DNA from: Cyanobacteriota bacterium
GTDB taxonomy: Bacteria > Cyanobacteriota > Cyanobacteriia > Thermostichales > Thermostichaceae
Direction of reading: 5' to 3'
Assembly: GCA_033764955.1 (NCBI GenBank)
Contig: JANRIL010000009.1
Coordinates: 1-26,780 of the forward strand
Length of the DNA: 26,780 nucleotides
Positions 1 to 9,340 of this stretch are shown here, one piece after another. The position numbers and the translations under genes were made by a program. Under the pieces are notes generated by a model. The model did no database searches, was not told the DNA's origin, and worked only from the letters and a program-made list of their open reading frames with translations. The first letter of the stretch is position 1. Each line of letters starts with the position of its first letter.

Positions 1-141
1 GCACAATTTGGACTAGCCGACCAACTTTTGCTGTGGTGTTTCCAAGTGGGGTTGGGCGTCGCCTCACTATAAAACGCGAAGTCCTGAAAAGGATGGAGAA
101 GCCCACACCGTATGTTTGCATCGGTGATGGGAGTACGTCAC
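1..141 (+). mobile_element. Right end of an IS200/IS605-family (tnpB-associated) element or remnant, truncated by window start
   Basis: Subterminal bulged hairpin CCCACACCG-N11-CGGTGATGGG (102-131) preceded by GAAG and ending in GTCAC (137-141), the layout typical of cyanobacterial IS605/tnpB right ends. Frame 1 ends ...QVGLGVASL* (TAA 70-72), resembling TnpB C-terminal tails, but no RuvC or Zn-finger motif is visible in the window. Confidence 0.65.
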
Positions 142-560
142 TCCAATCTAGGGTTACTAGGTTCGGGTAAGCGGAGCCGCGACCAAAACTCCTGAGAAGG
201 TTGATGGATCACAATCCGATTCCCATCGGGATCCTGAAGATCAATTTCTCGTCCATGACTGGCGATTCTCACCGGAGAAGTTGGGATCCCTGCCTCAGCT
301 AGCCCATCCATCACAGCGTCGAGATTGGTCACCTGCAAACATAAGCTCAGGGATCCCAAACCTGCCTGAAAATCGGGATGGTGGCTGCTATAAATCCCTA
401 ACCGAAGTCCCGTCAGGCGAAATTCGATATAACGGTTGGCAATCTCCACGGCGGGATCTTGCCCCAATAAACGCTGATAAAACTCCTGTTGAACCCGCAA
501 ATCAGGCGTCGCCATACTTAACAAGGCAGCCTGGATGACTTTGCAATCAAATTCAATCAT
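138..560 (-). CDS. VOC family (glyoxalase/bleomycin resistance) protein
   Basis: 140 aa with FYQRLLG near the N-terminus and GREIDLQDPDGNRIVI near the C-terminus, both VOC-fold signatures. Confidence 0.85.
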   Translation of the reverse strand: MIEFDCKVIQAALLSMATPDLRVQQEFYQRLLGQDPAVEIANRYIEFRLTGLRLGIYSSHHPDFQAGLGSLSLCLQVTNLDAVMDGLAEAGIPTSPVRIASHGREIDLQDPDGNRIVIHQPSQEFWSRLRLPEPSNPRLE

Positions 561-741
561 ATAGAAAACGGTAGCCCTGTTGGGAATTAGAATGTCAAAA
601 CGGCAGATTATTCTCCAGGTTGTGTTTATCTAGAATGAAGGCTATCTTTACATATGTACAAAACAATTCAAATGCAGGGGGGAGTTGATAGCTATTGGGA
701 ATGAGTTCAAGCTTATCCGATGTCGCTATGGTTTGCTATTT

Positions 742-1794
742 ATGTCCTCGATTCGCGTGATACCTCCGTCGTTCAAACTGAAGAAATCGATTACAGCGGT
801 GTTTTCCCCTACAGGGGGCTACCTCGCCCAGATTGGTCGTCGGGTTTTTGTATGGGATGTCGCGCAATGCACGATCGTCTCGGACTTCAAAGTCATTTCT
901 AACGAGATTTATCTCGCTTTCTCAGGAGACCAGAAAATAATTGCGGTCAAGAACACAAGCGGCAAGCTAGCTTTCGTAGATGTGCCCAGTGGAAAAATCA
1001 TAGCTAGCAGTGATAAATCCAAAACCTATACAGAAGGAGGTCAGCCACAGTTCCTAATCAAAGAAAGTCTTTTGCTAGATGGTGATTGGGATGGTGTGTT
1101 GCGTCTAGTTGATCCAATGTCCGCCCGCGATGTAGGGTCATTCGCCTTCACAGGTCAATATAAGGTTTCTGCCATCGCAACAAGCCTTCAAAGGGCACGC
1201 TACGTGGTTGCAGTCAATAATAAGTATAATCAGCCTGGGGGTAGTCGCCTCCTCCTATACGAAGAGCCACTGCGCCTTGATCAGCCAGATACCATACTTC
1301 CACAAGACGAGTCACAAAAAAATGATGGCGGCTGGCTCCGCATTGAGACTTTAGCCATGCATCCCAGTGGTGGTAAGGTTGCTGTCGCTCTCTCCGCTCC
1401 CCCCTATGGATCAACCACTGTGCAGCTCATTGACCTAGATGGGAACAGCAGCCTTACGATTGTCCTGCCGTCTTATAGGCATCACGTGCGTAGCCTCTCT
1501 TGGTCTACGTCAGGCATCGTCGCCGTGTCTGTCCATGAAAACCTCTATAGAAAAGGGCAAACCCCTGAAGAGACGCGAGAGCTGATGCGGAACACCCCAC
1601 ATTCCCACGTCTGTTTCTATTCCGACTCGTCGGGAGACCTCATCGTTCAGTGGCCGTGGGTAGACGCAAGAACTGTAGCTTTTTCTCCAAATGATGATGC
1701 TCTTGTTGTCACAAGTCGAGAGCAACCTGGAATGTACATGGTTAAGGCGGAGTTGCAACGGATCGGTCTCACCTTAGGTGAGGCTGGTAGATGA
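742..1794 (+). CDS. WD40/YVTN-like beta-propeller protein
   Basis: Repeated blade-like motifs (AVFSPTGGYLA, LAFSGDQKIIA, LAMHPSGGKVA, LSWSTSGIVA, VAFSPNDDALV). ATG at 742 preferred over TTG at 685. Confidence 0.7.
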   Translation: MSSIRVIPPSFKLKKSITAVFSPTGGYLAQIGRRVFVWDVAQCTIVSDFKVISNEIYLAFSGDQKIIAVKNTSGKLAFVDVPSGKIIASSDKSKTYTEGGQPQFLIKESLLLDGDWDGVLRLVDPMSARDVGSFAFTGQYKVSAIATSLQRARYVVAVNNKYNQPGGSRLLLYEEPLRLDQPDTILPQDESQKNDGGWLRIETLAMHPSGGKVAVALSAPPYGSTTVQLIDLDGNSSLTIVLPSYRHHVRSLSWSTSGIVAVSVHENLYRKGQTPEETRELMRNTPHSHVCFYSDSSGDLIVQWPWVDARTVAFSPNDDALVVTSREQPGMYMVKAELQRIGLTLGEAGR

Positions 1795-1951
1795 ATTTAC
1801 TCGTTGCGATTCGGTTATTTCTCACCTATGGTTGATTTACTTAACGATGAGAATAGCAAAAATTCTACAATCCTTTACAAGCATGGATTTTATCAGGCTT
1901 GTTTGTCTCATTCTTATCTGAATCAACCATAAGTCTATCTAGAATTTTCCC

Positions 1952-2044
1952 TATAGCAATCTGATGTAATTTATGAGAAAAGCTTCTAGGTATAGTAGGG
2001 ACTTGAGGCCAACTTTCTCTCACAAATAGCGACCGATTACTATA
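1952..2044. repeat. MITE-like inverted-repeat element (TATAGCAATC...GATTACTATA)
   Basis: Terminal IR 9/10 match, plus inner imperfect IR ATTTATGAGAAAAG / CTTTCTCTCACAAAT. 93 bp, intergenic between convergent genes. Confidence 0.6.
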
Positions 2045-2073
2045 TTCATTTCCCCAAGTTGTTTTGAGTCAAT

Positions 2074-2679
2074 TTAGGGTAAAAACAGCATCTCTTTCCG
2101 CAAGATCTCCTCCGCTTCAGCTACGGTTGCAACTCCTCGCTCCGTAAGCGCCAAACTCACCTCCTGCAAAATCAGGAATGATCCGTCCTCCTGTTGTTGA
2201 TAGAGGGTAACAACGGGAAAGGGAATGGCTCCTGTCGCTCCGATACCCGTGATATAAGAGGCAATAGTATAAATATCGGTTAGTCCATCAAAATCTAACT
2301 CCGTAAACACCACCGCATCGAGACTAAAAGGAGTATAGGAAAGGGGAGTTAGCTCCTCGGACATTGGCAGTTCCCAGCGCACTCGTCCTCCATCCACTAG
2401 CCAATGGGTAAGAGTTTGTGGCTGACCGGGAGAACTGCTATCAAACAAAGAAAGAAAAAAGATAGATCCATATCCTTGTAAATTCACGGCAAATGATTGT
2501 TCGAGAATTGGCTCTAAAAGGGGTGGATCGGTTTTCCAAAGGGAGGTTATCGTTTGCCATTCCGCCTCGGTCATCTGTCGAGAAGAACTAGGTTCTAAGG
2601 AGGGTTGAGCAGATGCTGAGAGAGGGATCCCTACGAGTAAGCAGGGGATCCAAAGTGATATCCAGAAAAATTTTGACAT
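2074..2679 (-). CDS. Hypothetical secreted protein
   Basis: 201 aa with N-terminal signal peptide (MSKFFWISLWIPCLLVGIPLSASA) and an FG-GAP-like ELDFDGLTDI motif. Confidence 0.7.
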   Translation of the reverse strand: MSKFFWISLWIPCLLVGIPLSASAQPSLEPSSSRQMTEAEWQTITSLWKTDPPLLEPILEQSFAVNLQGYGSIFFLSLFDSSSPGQPQTLTHWLVDGGRVRWELPMSEELTPLSYTPFSLDAVVFTELDFDGLTDIYTIASYITGIGATGAIPFPVVTLYQQQEDGSFLILQEVSLALTERGVATVAEAEEILRKEMLFLP

Positions 2680-2761
2680 GATAATATCCCGAATAAATTA
2701 GATGCCTTAGACGCAAAACAAATAAATTTTTACTCAGCTATATAATAAATGAGCTAACAGA

Positions 2762-3397
2762 CTAAATCCCCAAGCCAATTAGCAGAATTGTTAACAGAAT
2801 TAAAGGTACATAGATAAAGAACTGCTGACTCTGCTGCCACATTAGAAACAAAGAGATCCCCAGCAAAAACAATCCTGTGCCGAGGCTGACATGCTGAATG
2901 AACGGATCTGCCACTTGCTTAATCCAGCGTTTCATCGCAGGAAAACCAATCCCCAAAGTTAACGCTAATATCGGTAGTAACCAGTACAACCAATTCCCCA
3001 TTGTCTGTAGAAATGATAAACCCACTAGAATGATAAACACCACAAAATAAAGGATGCGAATGTTGGCATAATCTTGGCGAAATTGTTGAGGAGGAGAATC
3101 ATTTTCGGTAGCCAGGAGCAAAGGTTCATAGCCAAATCCTCCTGACCACTCTGGTTCTTCTGTTTCCTGATGGCGATGCCACAAATAGATGTTGACCTTA
3201 CGAATGTTTTGTATCAGAGAAGCATCCACCGCGGCTCGTACTATTTCCGTCAAAACCTGGGTATCGACAACATCCCCCCGCATCCGTTCCACCATCACAT
3301 TGAGAATAGGCCCCTTGCGTTCGGCTTTGCCAAACAGGCGCAATTCATCTAGCTTAAACTCCAAAATTTGATTGAGGGCGTTCAGATGACGGCTCAT
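2762..3397 (-). CDS. Hypothetical membrane protein
   Basis: 211 aa with a soluble N-terminal half and about 4 hydrophobic helices at the C-terminus. Confidence 0.7.
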   Translation of the reverse strand: MSRHLNALNQILEFKLDELRLFGKAERKGPILNVMVERMRGDVVDTQVLTEIVRAAVDASLIQNIRKVNIYLWHRHQETEEPEWSGGFGYEPLLLATENDSPPQQFRQDYANIRILYFVVFIILVGLSFLQTMGNWLYWLLPILALTLGIGFPAMKRWIKQVADPFIQHVSLGTGLFLLGISLFLMWQQSQQFFIYVPLILLTILLIGLGI

Positions 3398-3562
3398 AAA
3401 TTACCCCGGTCACAACAAATCTGACAGACTGTTTTTGCTCCCTCAATCCCACGATTTACTTAGCAATAGACTTGACAACAGATATCCGGTCGCTACTGCA
3501 ATCAGTTTAACTCTGCGGGTTCCCCTTGCGGGCGTTGTTACCGCCCCTCTATCCTAAATCTG

Positions 3563-4591
3563 TCAAATTACCCGAACGCCGGGATTACCAGCTTGACAGT
3601 GCCCAATCACACTAGCCCAGCCAAACCCCTGCTCCGCCAACAGAGCTAAAACTTCAGAGACCGCCTCAGGCGATACACTCAACAGCAGACCCCCACTGGT
3701 TTGCGGATCCGCCAGCAAAAGTTGTTGCCATTCCAGCCGATCGGGAGCTTCCACCCCTTGATAGCCTTGCCAGTTGCGCCGCGCCGCTCCCGGAAAAATT
3801 CCTGCCTCAGCTAGCCGCATGGCCTCTGGGAGAATCGGCACCTTTTCGGCAGCTAGGGTCACTGCCACCCCCGCTCCACGGCACATTTCCAAAAGATGCC
3901 CCAACAACCCAAACCCGGTCACATCCGTCATGGCATGGACATCCCCCCGTTGCGCCAGTTGGGATCCCACCCGATTCAGTTGGGTCATGATCCCCAAGAC
4001 CTCCTGATAGCCCGCCTCGCTGAGTTGCCCTTTTTTGAGGGCGGTGGTCATTACCCCAATTCCTAGGGGTTTGGTCAGGATCAACATATCCCCCGCTTGG
4101 GTGGTGGCATTACGACACACAGCAGCGGGATCCACCAAACCAGCCGCCACCAGTCCAAAAATCGGCTCCGGCGAATCAATAGAATGTCCCCCCGCCAAAG
4201 GGATCCCTGCCGCCTGACAAACAGCAATTCCCCCCTGCATGATCCCCTGGATAGCCTCAACGGGCAGTTGATGGATGGGCATTCCCAACACAGCCAGAGC
4301 CAAAATCGGGGATCCCCCCATGGCATAAACATCGGAAAGGGCATTGGTGGCAGCAATTCGGCCAAAATCGACGGGATCATCCACAATCGGCATAAAAAAA
4401 TCGGTGGTTAAGACCAAGGCTTGTCGCTCGTTCAGTTGGTAGACCGCCGCATCGTCACTCGTTTCTGCCCCCACCAATAGGTGTGGAGTATGACCAAAGA
4501 GGGGCAAGTGCTGCAAGATTTGTTGGAGTTGGGCGGGGGCAATTTTACAGCCACATCCTCCGCCGTGGGAGTATTGGGTTAGTCGAATCAT
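3563..4591 (-). CDS. selD: Selenide, water dikinase (selenophosphate synthetase), Cys-type
   Basis: MIRLTQYSHGGGCGCKI, SDDAAVY, TTDFFMPIVDDP, SDVYAMGG, GGHSID, TDVTGFGLLGH, DPQTSGGLL. ATG at 4591 chosen; the upstream extension in the ORF track is unlikely. Confidence 0.96.
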   Translation of the reverse strand: MIRLTQYSHGGGCGCKIAPAQLQQILQHLPLFGHTPHLLVGAETSDDAAVYQLNERQALVLTTDFFMPIVDDPVDFGRIAATNALSDVYAMGGSPILALAVLGMPIHQLPVEAIQGIMQGGIAVCQAAGIPLAGGHSIDSPEPIFGLVAAGLVDPAAVCRNATTQAGDMLILTKPLGIGVMTTALKKGQLSEAGYQEVLGIMTQLNRVGSQLAQRGDVHAMTDVTGFGLLGHLLEMCRGAGVAVTLAAEKVPILPEAMRLAEAGIFPGAARRNWQGYQGVEAPDRLEWQQLLLADPQTSGGLLLSVSPEAVSEVLALLAEQGFGWASVIGHCQAGNPGVRVI

Positions 4592-4804
4592 CGATCCATT
4601 CAACAGGGTTGACAGAGGATGGCTGATCGTAGCACATCTCAATCCAAACCCAGTCTGGAACGGGGTTTTAAGACATAATCGATCCGCAGTAGCCCATGCC
4701 TACCCAATTGGGCAAGGCTATCTGCAATCAAACAATAAAAAGTAGGCTCCTGATTGCTCAAGATCTGGGGGGTGATGGGGGCGGGGTTGCAAACGGTTGG
4801 GAAT

Positions 4805-5044
4805 CTAGCGGTCAGTGGGTGGGTGGTAGGTCGTCACGTGATTAAGGAAATCCTGGCGAAGCTCACGAACCTCAGTCATTACTTCGTCTGTGCGGCGGTC
4901 AAAGCGATCCAGTGCCTCTCGGAAGTATTGGGCTAGCATGGCTTGCCCTTCTCTAATCTCTGAGTTCTGAATCCTCAACTCCGTAATAACCTGATCATGG
5001 TTCTGAACGGTCTGAATTAGCCATTGCTCTTGCTCTGGTGTCAT
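4805..5044 (-). CDS. Small coiled-coil hypothetical protein (79 aa)
   Basis: MTPEQEQWLIQTVQNHDQVITELRIQ...EVRELRQDF, an amphipathic heptad-like pattern. The ORF track's 5' extension to 5230 does not look coding. Confidence 0.6.
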   Translation of the reverse strand: MTPEQEQWLIQTVQNHDQVITELRIQNSEIREGQAMLAQYFREALDRFDRRTDEVMTEVRELRQDFLNHVTTYHPPTDR

Positions 5045-5319
5045 AATGCCTGCATGTTTTTTGCTTGGTTTGCCGGATCCTATCGCACAGGTTCGGGCTT
5101 TCTGTTGTAGCGGATCAGCAGCTTGATCGGGTCTCTGGTGGCTTGACTCAGCACTGCTTTGGGTTGGCGGGTTGCCTAGCAGCGAAGCGCCTGGTCTACC
5201 TGGGGAGTCTTGGGCTAACTCGATAGCCATTGCTCCAACATCTCGACGGAATCCTCAGGTAGAGCTAGATTGTCAAGCTGATTTACCTAGCTGTATCAAC
5301 ACTATGGGTCTAAGGTGGT

Positions 5320-5619
5320 CTAAGGTCGAGAAGCTTCCGCCAAATGAAAGATGCCATTCAAATAGGCTTGAGCTAGGGTATGTCCCCAGGCAAATTGCGG
5401 ATCTATTTGCTGTTCCGGCAGATAAGCCCAGGATTTTTCAGTCTGATCAAAAAAATAGCGAATTTCCCACCAGGGTTGACCCACAGGCACATCCTTAACC
5501 GCCCTAAGAAATCGCCCCATTTTTCGGGCTACCCGTTCTTCTACAAAATAAGGGCCTGCTAGGTGCAGACTATCGACAGCATGGATAAACTCGTGCCAGA
5601 GCGGATCATTTCGCCGCAT
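5320..5619 (-). CDS. Hypothetical protein (about 99 aa, start uncertain)
   Basis: Protein-like, aromatic-rich segment MRRNDPLWHEF...YLNGIFHL. The upstream part of the ORF overlaps the M23 gene end. Confidence 0.5.
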   Translation of the reverse strand: MRRNDPLWHEFIHAVDSLHLAGPYFVEERVARKMGRFLRAVKDVPVGQPWWEIRYFFDQTEKSWAYLPEQQIDPQFAWGHTLAQAYLNGIFHLAEASRP

Positions 5620-5720
5620 ATGCTGCAACTCCTGGCGGCAACACTTGGACTTAATTTTAGTCGCAACTTGCGGATTGTGCTGCCTGGTTGGACGGCGGTT
5701 TTGGGGGAGATCCGCAAGGA

Positions 5721-6662
5721 TTAGGGGAGCTGAGCCACGGCAAGCTTCAGTTGAGGGGCGGCATCTAGGGCTACCCAGTCCGTCGAGGGGGAGCGTTGCC
5801 ATAATTCAAAGTGCAGGTGGGGACCTGTGGATTCCCCCGTCGAGCCAACATAACCAATCACGCTTCCCTGTCTTACGGTTTGTCCTGCCGTGACCGCCAC
5901 AGTATCCATATGGCCATAGCGAGTCCGTTGGGTAGCCGAATGACCCAAAACCACCGCATTGCCCAAACCACCTAGGGATCCCGCCGAGAGCACGGAGCCT
6001 GAAAAAGCCGCCAACACGGGAGTTCCCATACTAGCGGCCAGATCCACTCCCTGATGAAATTCTTGCAGACCAGAGATGGGATGGGTTCTCATGCCAAAAG
6101 GGGAGGAAATAGGCACCGCCGTTGGCAAGGGATAAAGCAATGTTTCTTGGGTAGGAGCAGTGAAGGGGGGCGGTGGGGGAGCCATGGGAGCTTTGGGATC
6201 CTCAATTTTGATGCCCTGTCCAGGTGTGATCGTGATTTTTTTGCCGGAGGATCGCTCCATCATGACGACTGGGATATCCGTTTCCGACAGACCCGCATCC
6301 GACTTTTCGATGACAATCTCCCGTCCTACGGTTATCTCGCTGGTGGCTCGCCCATCTAAGGTATCGGTCTGAGCGGTTCCGGTGGGGAGGGCTGATTCGG
6401 TGTTGGGCAGGGGAGGAACATTCACCCCAGGTAACGGTTGGGTGGGCAACGGCTGGGATCCCTCGTTTCCAGGAGTGAGTAGGGTTGAGGTGTCGAGGGA
6501 GGGAGCCACCGCCGGAGGAGCAGGCAAGGCTTGAGAATAGGCGCTCAGGTGCAAGCCCAGGGCAATAGCTATCCCCAGTAAAACACCCAGCCAGAGCCGC
6601 CAGCGCCAGATTTGAGGGATCAGAGCCAGTGGGATCCTTTGTGTTTGATCGTGTGAACTCAC
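5721..6662 (-). CDS. M23 family metallopeptidase
   Basis: ISSPFGMRTHP, HQGVD (HxxxD), YGHM and TGPHLHFE (HxH), with an N-terminal TM segment and Pro-rich linker. GTG at 6662 follows GGAG; alternative start at 6719. Confidence 0.92.
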   Translation of the reverse strand: MSSHDQTQRIPLALIPQIWRWRLWLGVLLGIAIALGLHLSAYSQALPAPPAVAPSLDTSTLLTPGNEGSQPLPTQPLPGVNVPPLPNTESALPTGTAQTDTLDGRATSEITVGREIVIEKSDAGLSETDIPVVMMERSSGKKITITPGQGIKIEDPKAPMAPPPPPFTAPTQETLLYPLPTAVPISSPFGMRTHPISGLQEFHQGVDLAASMGTPVLAAFSGSVLSAGSLGGLGNAVVLGHSATQRTRYGHMDTVAVTAGQTVRQGSVIGYVGSTGESTGPHLHFELWQRSPSTDWVALDAAPQLKLAVAQLP

Positions 6663-6705
6663 TCCACCACTCCTCAGGTTAGACACCCATGTCACGAGCC
6701 ATTCT

Positions 6706-7512
6706 TCAGACAAGAACATCCTGTAGGCGAATCTCTCCCGGCATCAAGCAAATTTCTCCTGTTTGTGTTTGTACCCGCAAGGCTCCCGATGGGGCAACAC
6801 CCAAAACCGTAGCCATCCCCTGTTTGCCCAGATTGATGGTGGCATACCGATGCAACAACCAAGCTTCGCACTCTGGCAATATCTTGTGCAAACGGGATTG
6901 CTGCCAGCTAGAAAATCCCTGCTCTAATCCCAACAAGACCCAAGCGGCTATCGGTTCGCTTGTCAGAGGCATACCGACCACATCCTGCAAGTTTGTGGAT
7001 TCAGACAGGGGTAGTAACGGGCTGGGATCCCCCGCCTCTGGATAGGCTCGAATATTTAAGCCCAATCCCACCACCATCGACTGAAGCTGCTGCTGTTGCG
7101 TGCGGGTTTGCAGGAGGAGTCCCCCCAGTTTTTTGCCGTGGGCAACCAGATCATTAGGCCATTTGATGCCGATATCCTGGGATAGGTGGTGGCGCAGTTG
7201 AGCGACGACTCCCCAGACTAAGGCGAGGGTCAGCCCTGTCAATTCGGATAGTGGTTGCTGTGGCTCTAAAACCAGGGAGAGATAAAGTCCTCCTGGGGGG
7301 GAATGCCAGACCCGTCCATACTGTCCGCGCCCCGCCTTTTGTTGGGTGGCGATTAAGGTGGTGCCCACCCGCAAGGGATCCCCAGGCCATCTGGCGGGTT
7401 GCAACCAGTCAGACAAAATCCGATTGGTGGAATCTACCACCGCTAATTGCAGGAGATCCCGCCCAAAAGATTGGGTTTGTAGATATTTTTGGAGGCGCAG
7501 CGGGTTAAGCAC
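6706..7512 (-). CDS. birA: Biotin--[acetyl-CoA-carboxylase] ligase (no HTH domain)
   Basis: DSTN, QKAGRGQYGRVWHSP, GLYLS, IKWPNDL, KKLGGLL. Confidence 0.93.
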   Translation of the reverse strand: MLNPLRLQKYLQTQSFGRDLLQLAVVDSTNRILSDWLQPARWPGDPLRVGTTLIATQQKAGRGQYGRVWHSPPGGLYLSLVLEPQQPLSELTGLTLALVWGVVAQLRHHLSQDIGIKWPNDLVAHGKKLGGLLLQTRTQQQQLQSMVVGLGLNIRAYPEAGDPSPLLPLSESTNLQDVVGMPLTSEPIAAWVLLGLEQGFSSWQQSRLHKILPECEAWLLHRYATINLGKQGMATVLGVAPSGALRVQTQTGEICLMPGEIRLQDVLV

Positions 7513-7583
7513 AGCGGAACGAACAGGGGTTGCTTTTGAATTTTATCAAGCCCTGATCGCGGGGTGAGATTGACGGGGAGAGG

Positions 7584-7604
7584 GGGGGCAAGCTAGATGC
7601 CCCC
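7584..7604 (-). terminator. GC-rich hairpin downstream of the DJ-1/PfpI gene
   Basis: GGGGGCA-N7-TGCCCCC, about 20 nt past the stop codon. No U-tract, so it may only stabilise the transcript. Confidence 0.3.
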
Positions 7605-7622
7605 TATCAATGAAGACCATGC

Positions 7623-8360
7623 TCAAGAGTCCCTCAGTCCCAAAGCTTGCAACACCAGTTTGGCCGTTTCGACACCAGAGTTTTGCTGTTGCCCAGTCAC
7701 TAGATGTCCATCCCGCACCGCATGAGGGGAAAATGCTGCCTGAGTGACAAAGTGAGCACCCAGTTTTTTCGCTTCATCTTCAATGCGGAACGGCATCACC
7801 TTCTGCCCGACAACCTGATCGGCGTAGTCTTCTTCGCTATTGGCAAAGCCGGTTATCGTTTTTCCTTGAATGAGTAGCGTGCCATCGGCTAAGTAGGTTT
7901 CCAAAAGTAAGCAGGTGCCGTGACAGAGGGCAGCACTGGGCTTAGTGGCCGTGTAGAACTGCATGAACAAGTCCGCTAGCGCGGCATTTTGCCGAAACGT
8001 GAACATGGGTGATTGCCCGCCGCCTATCACGATTGCCTCATACTCTGCCGGATTGAGCGCGGAAATGGCAGGGGTATGGTTCAGTAGTTGCATAAACTCG
8101 GGCTGGTTAATGTATGCCAGCGATAGGGTGTCATCTTTGGAATACCCAGAGGCATCACGAGGATCGCTGAGGTTGTCAAATTCCACCTTGCCACCATGCG
8201 GACTGGCGATCGTGACGGCCAAACCCGCTTGGGTAAATACATCGTAGGGATGAATCAGTTCCGAAGCCCAAAAGCCCACCGGAATACCCAGCGTGGTTGA
8301 AACCGAAGGATTAGCCACAATCATTAAAATTTGCGGACTTATTGACGCATTCTCCAACAA
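7623..8360 (-). CDS. DJ-1/PfpI family (type 1 glutamine amidotransferase-like) protein
   Basis: GFWASELIHPY, GGGQSPM, nucleophile elbow ALCHG, TGFANSEE, DGHLVTGQQQNS. Confidence 0.9.
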   Translation of the reverse strand: MLENASISPQILMIVANPSVSTTLGIPVGFWASELIHPYDVFTQAGLAVTIASPHGGKVEFDNLSDPRDASGYSKDDTLSLAYINQPEFMQLLNHTPAISALNPAEYEAIVIGGGQSPMFTFRQNAALADLFMQFYTATKPSAALCHGTCLLLETYLADGTLLIQGKTITGFANSEEDYADQVVGQKVMPFRIEDEAKKLGAHFVTQAAFSPHAVRDGHLVTGQQQNSGVETAKLVLQALGLRDS

Positions 8361-8403
8361 ACTACCTCAATTCATACTGGATTGGGCATGATAAATTTGT
8401 CCA

Positions 8404-8430
8404 ATGGATAATTTGTATGGATAATATTCA
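8404..8430. promoter_or_regulatory. Putative LysR binding region of the divergent promoter
   Basis: ATGGATAAT repeated at 8404 and 8417, and a T-N11-A imperfect palindrome TGGATAATATTCA (8418-8430) overlapping the LysR start. Confidence 0.4.
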
Positions 8431-9340
8431 CCACACAAATTTGGCAGGTATTGATTTGAATCTGCTGGTTGTATTTGATGCCTTGATAACCGAGCAGAAT
8501 GTTACCCGTGCCGGAGAGCGAGTTGGCTTGAGCCAACCGGCAACCAGTAATGCCCTGGGGCGGTTGCGACGTTTAATGAGGGATGACTTGTTTATCAGAA
8601 CTACGGCTGGACTTCGCCCCACCCCAACCGCGATCGCCCTTCATCAACAGTTGCGCCCCGCCTTGCAGCAGATTCAGGCAGCCCTCTTGGAGCAACCTAT
8701 ATTTGACCCCGCCAACAGTGACCGTGTGTTTGCGATCGGCATGTCTGATTACGTGGAATTTACATTGCTACCATGCTTGATGCAAACGCTACAGACCTGT
8801 GCTCCACAGGTGAGTGTGCAGATTCGATCGGGGGATCGCCAGAAGTTGCTGGCTTTATTGGATAGTGGTGAAATTGATCTCGCTTGTGGACTGTTCCCTG
8901 AGAAAATAGCATGGCATCAAGAACAACTTCTGTTTCAAGAAAGCTATGTTTGTGTTTGCCGCCGCCAGCACCCTATAATTGGCACCTCTCTCTCTTTGGA
9001 AGAGTATCTGACTGTTTCTCACCTGCTGGTTTCGGTGAAGGAAGACCGCATCGGACGTGTGGACATGTTGCTTGCGGAACAAAACCTCAAACGGCGCATT
9101 GCTCTCTCAATACCCCATTTTCTCAGTGTCCCCTTTATTTTGGCAGAGACTGATTTAGTCGCTACGCTAGCCCGCCGTGTTGCTGTTACTTTTGCCAATT
9201 ATCAGTCGTTGAAACTGCTACCACTGCCGCTGCCGATCGCAGACTTTTCAGTGTTTATGCGTTGGCATCGCATGACAGAAACTTCTCCAGCCTATCAGTG
9301 GCTGCGATCGATTGTTTTAGAGGCATCTCGGATGATTTAG
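8417..9340 (+). CDS. LysR family transcriptional regulator (NodD/ToxR-like)
   Basis: HTH DLNLLVVFDALITEQNVTRAGERVGLSQPATSNALGRLR plus effector-binding domain. Divergent from the DJ-1/PfpI gene. Confidence 0.93.
   Translation: MDNIHHTNLAGIDLNLLVVFDALITEQNVTRAGERVGLSQPATSNALGRLRRLMRDDLFIRTTAGLRPTPTAIALHQQLRPALQQIQAALLEQPIFDPANSDRVFAIGMSDYVEFTLLPCLMQTLQTCAPQVSVQIRSGDRQKLLALLDSGEIDLACGLFPEKIAWHQEQLLFQESYVCVCRRQHPIIGTSLSLEEYLTVSHLLVSVKEDRIGRVDMLLAEQNLKRRIALSIPHFLSVPFILAETDLVATLARRVAVTFANYQSLKLLPLPLPIADFSVFMRWHRMTETSPAYQWLRSIVLEASRMI

Noticed and set aside
4540..4570. Selenocysteine recoding in selD
   Set aside because: Both Cys codons are TGT and there is no in-frame TGA.
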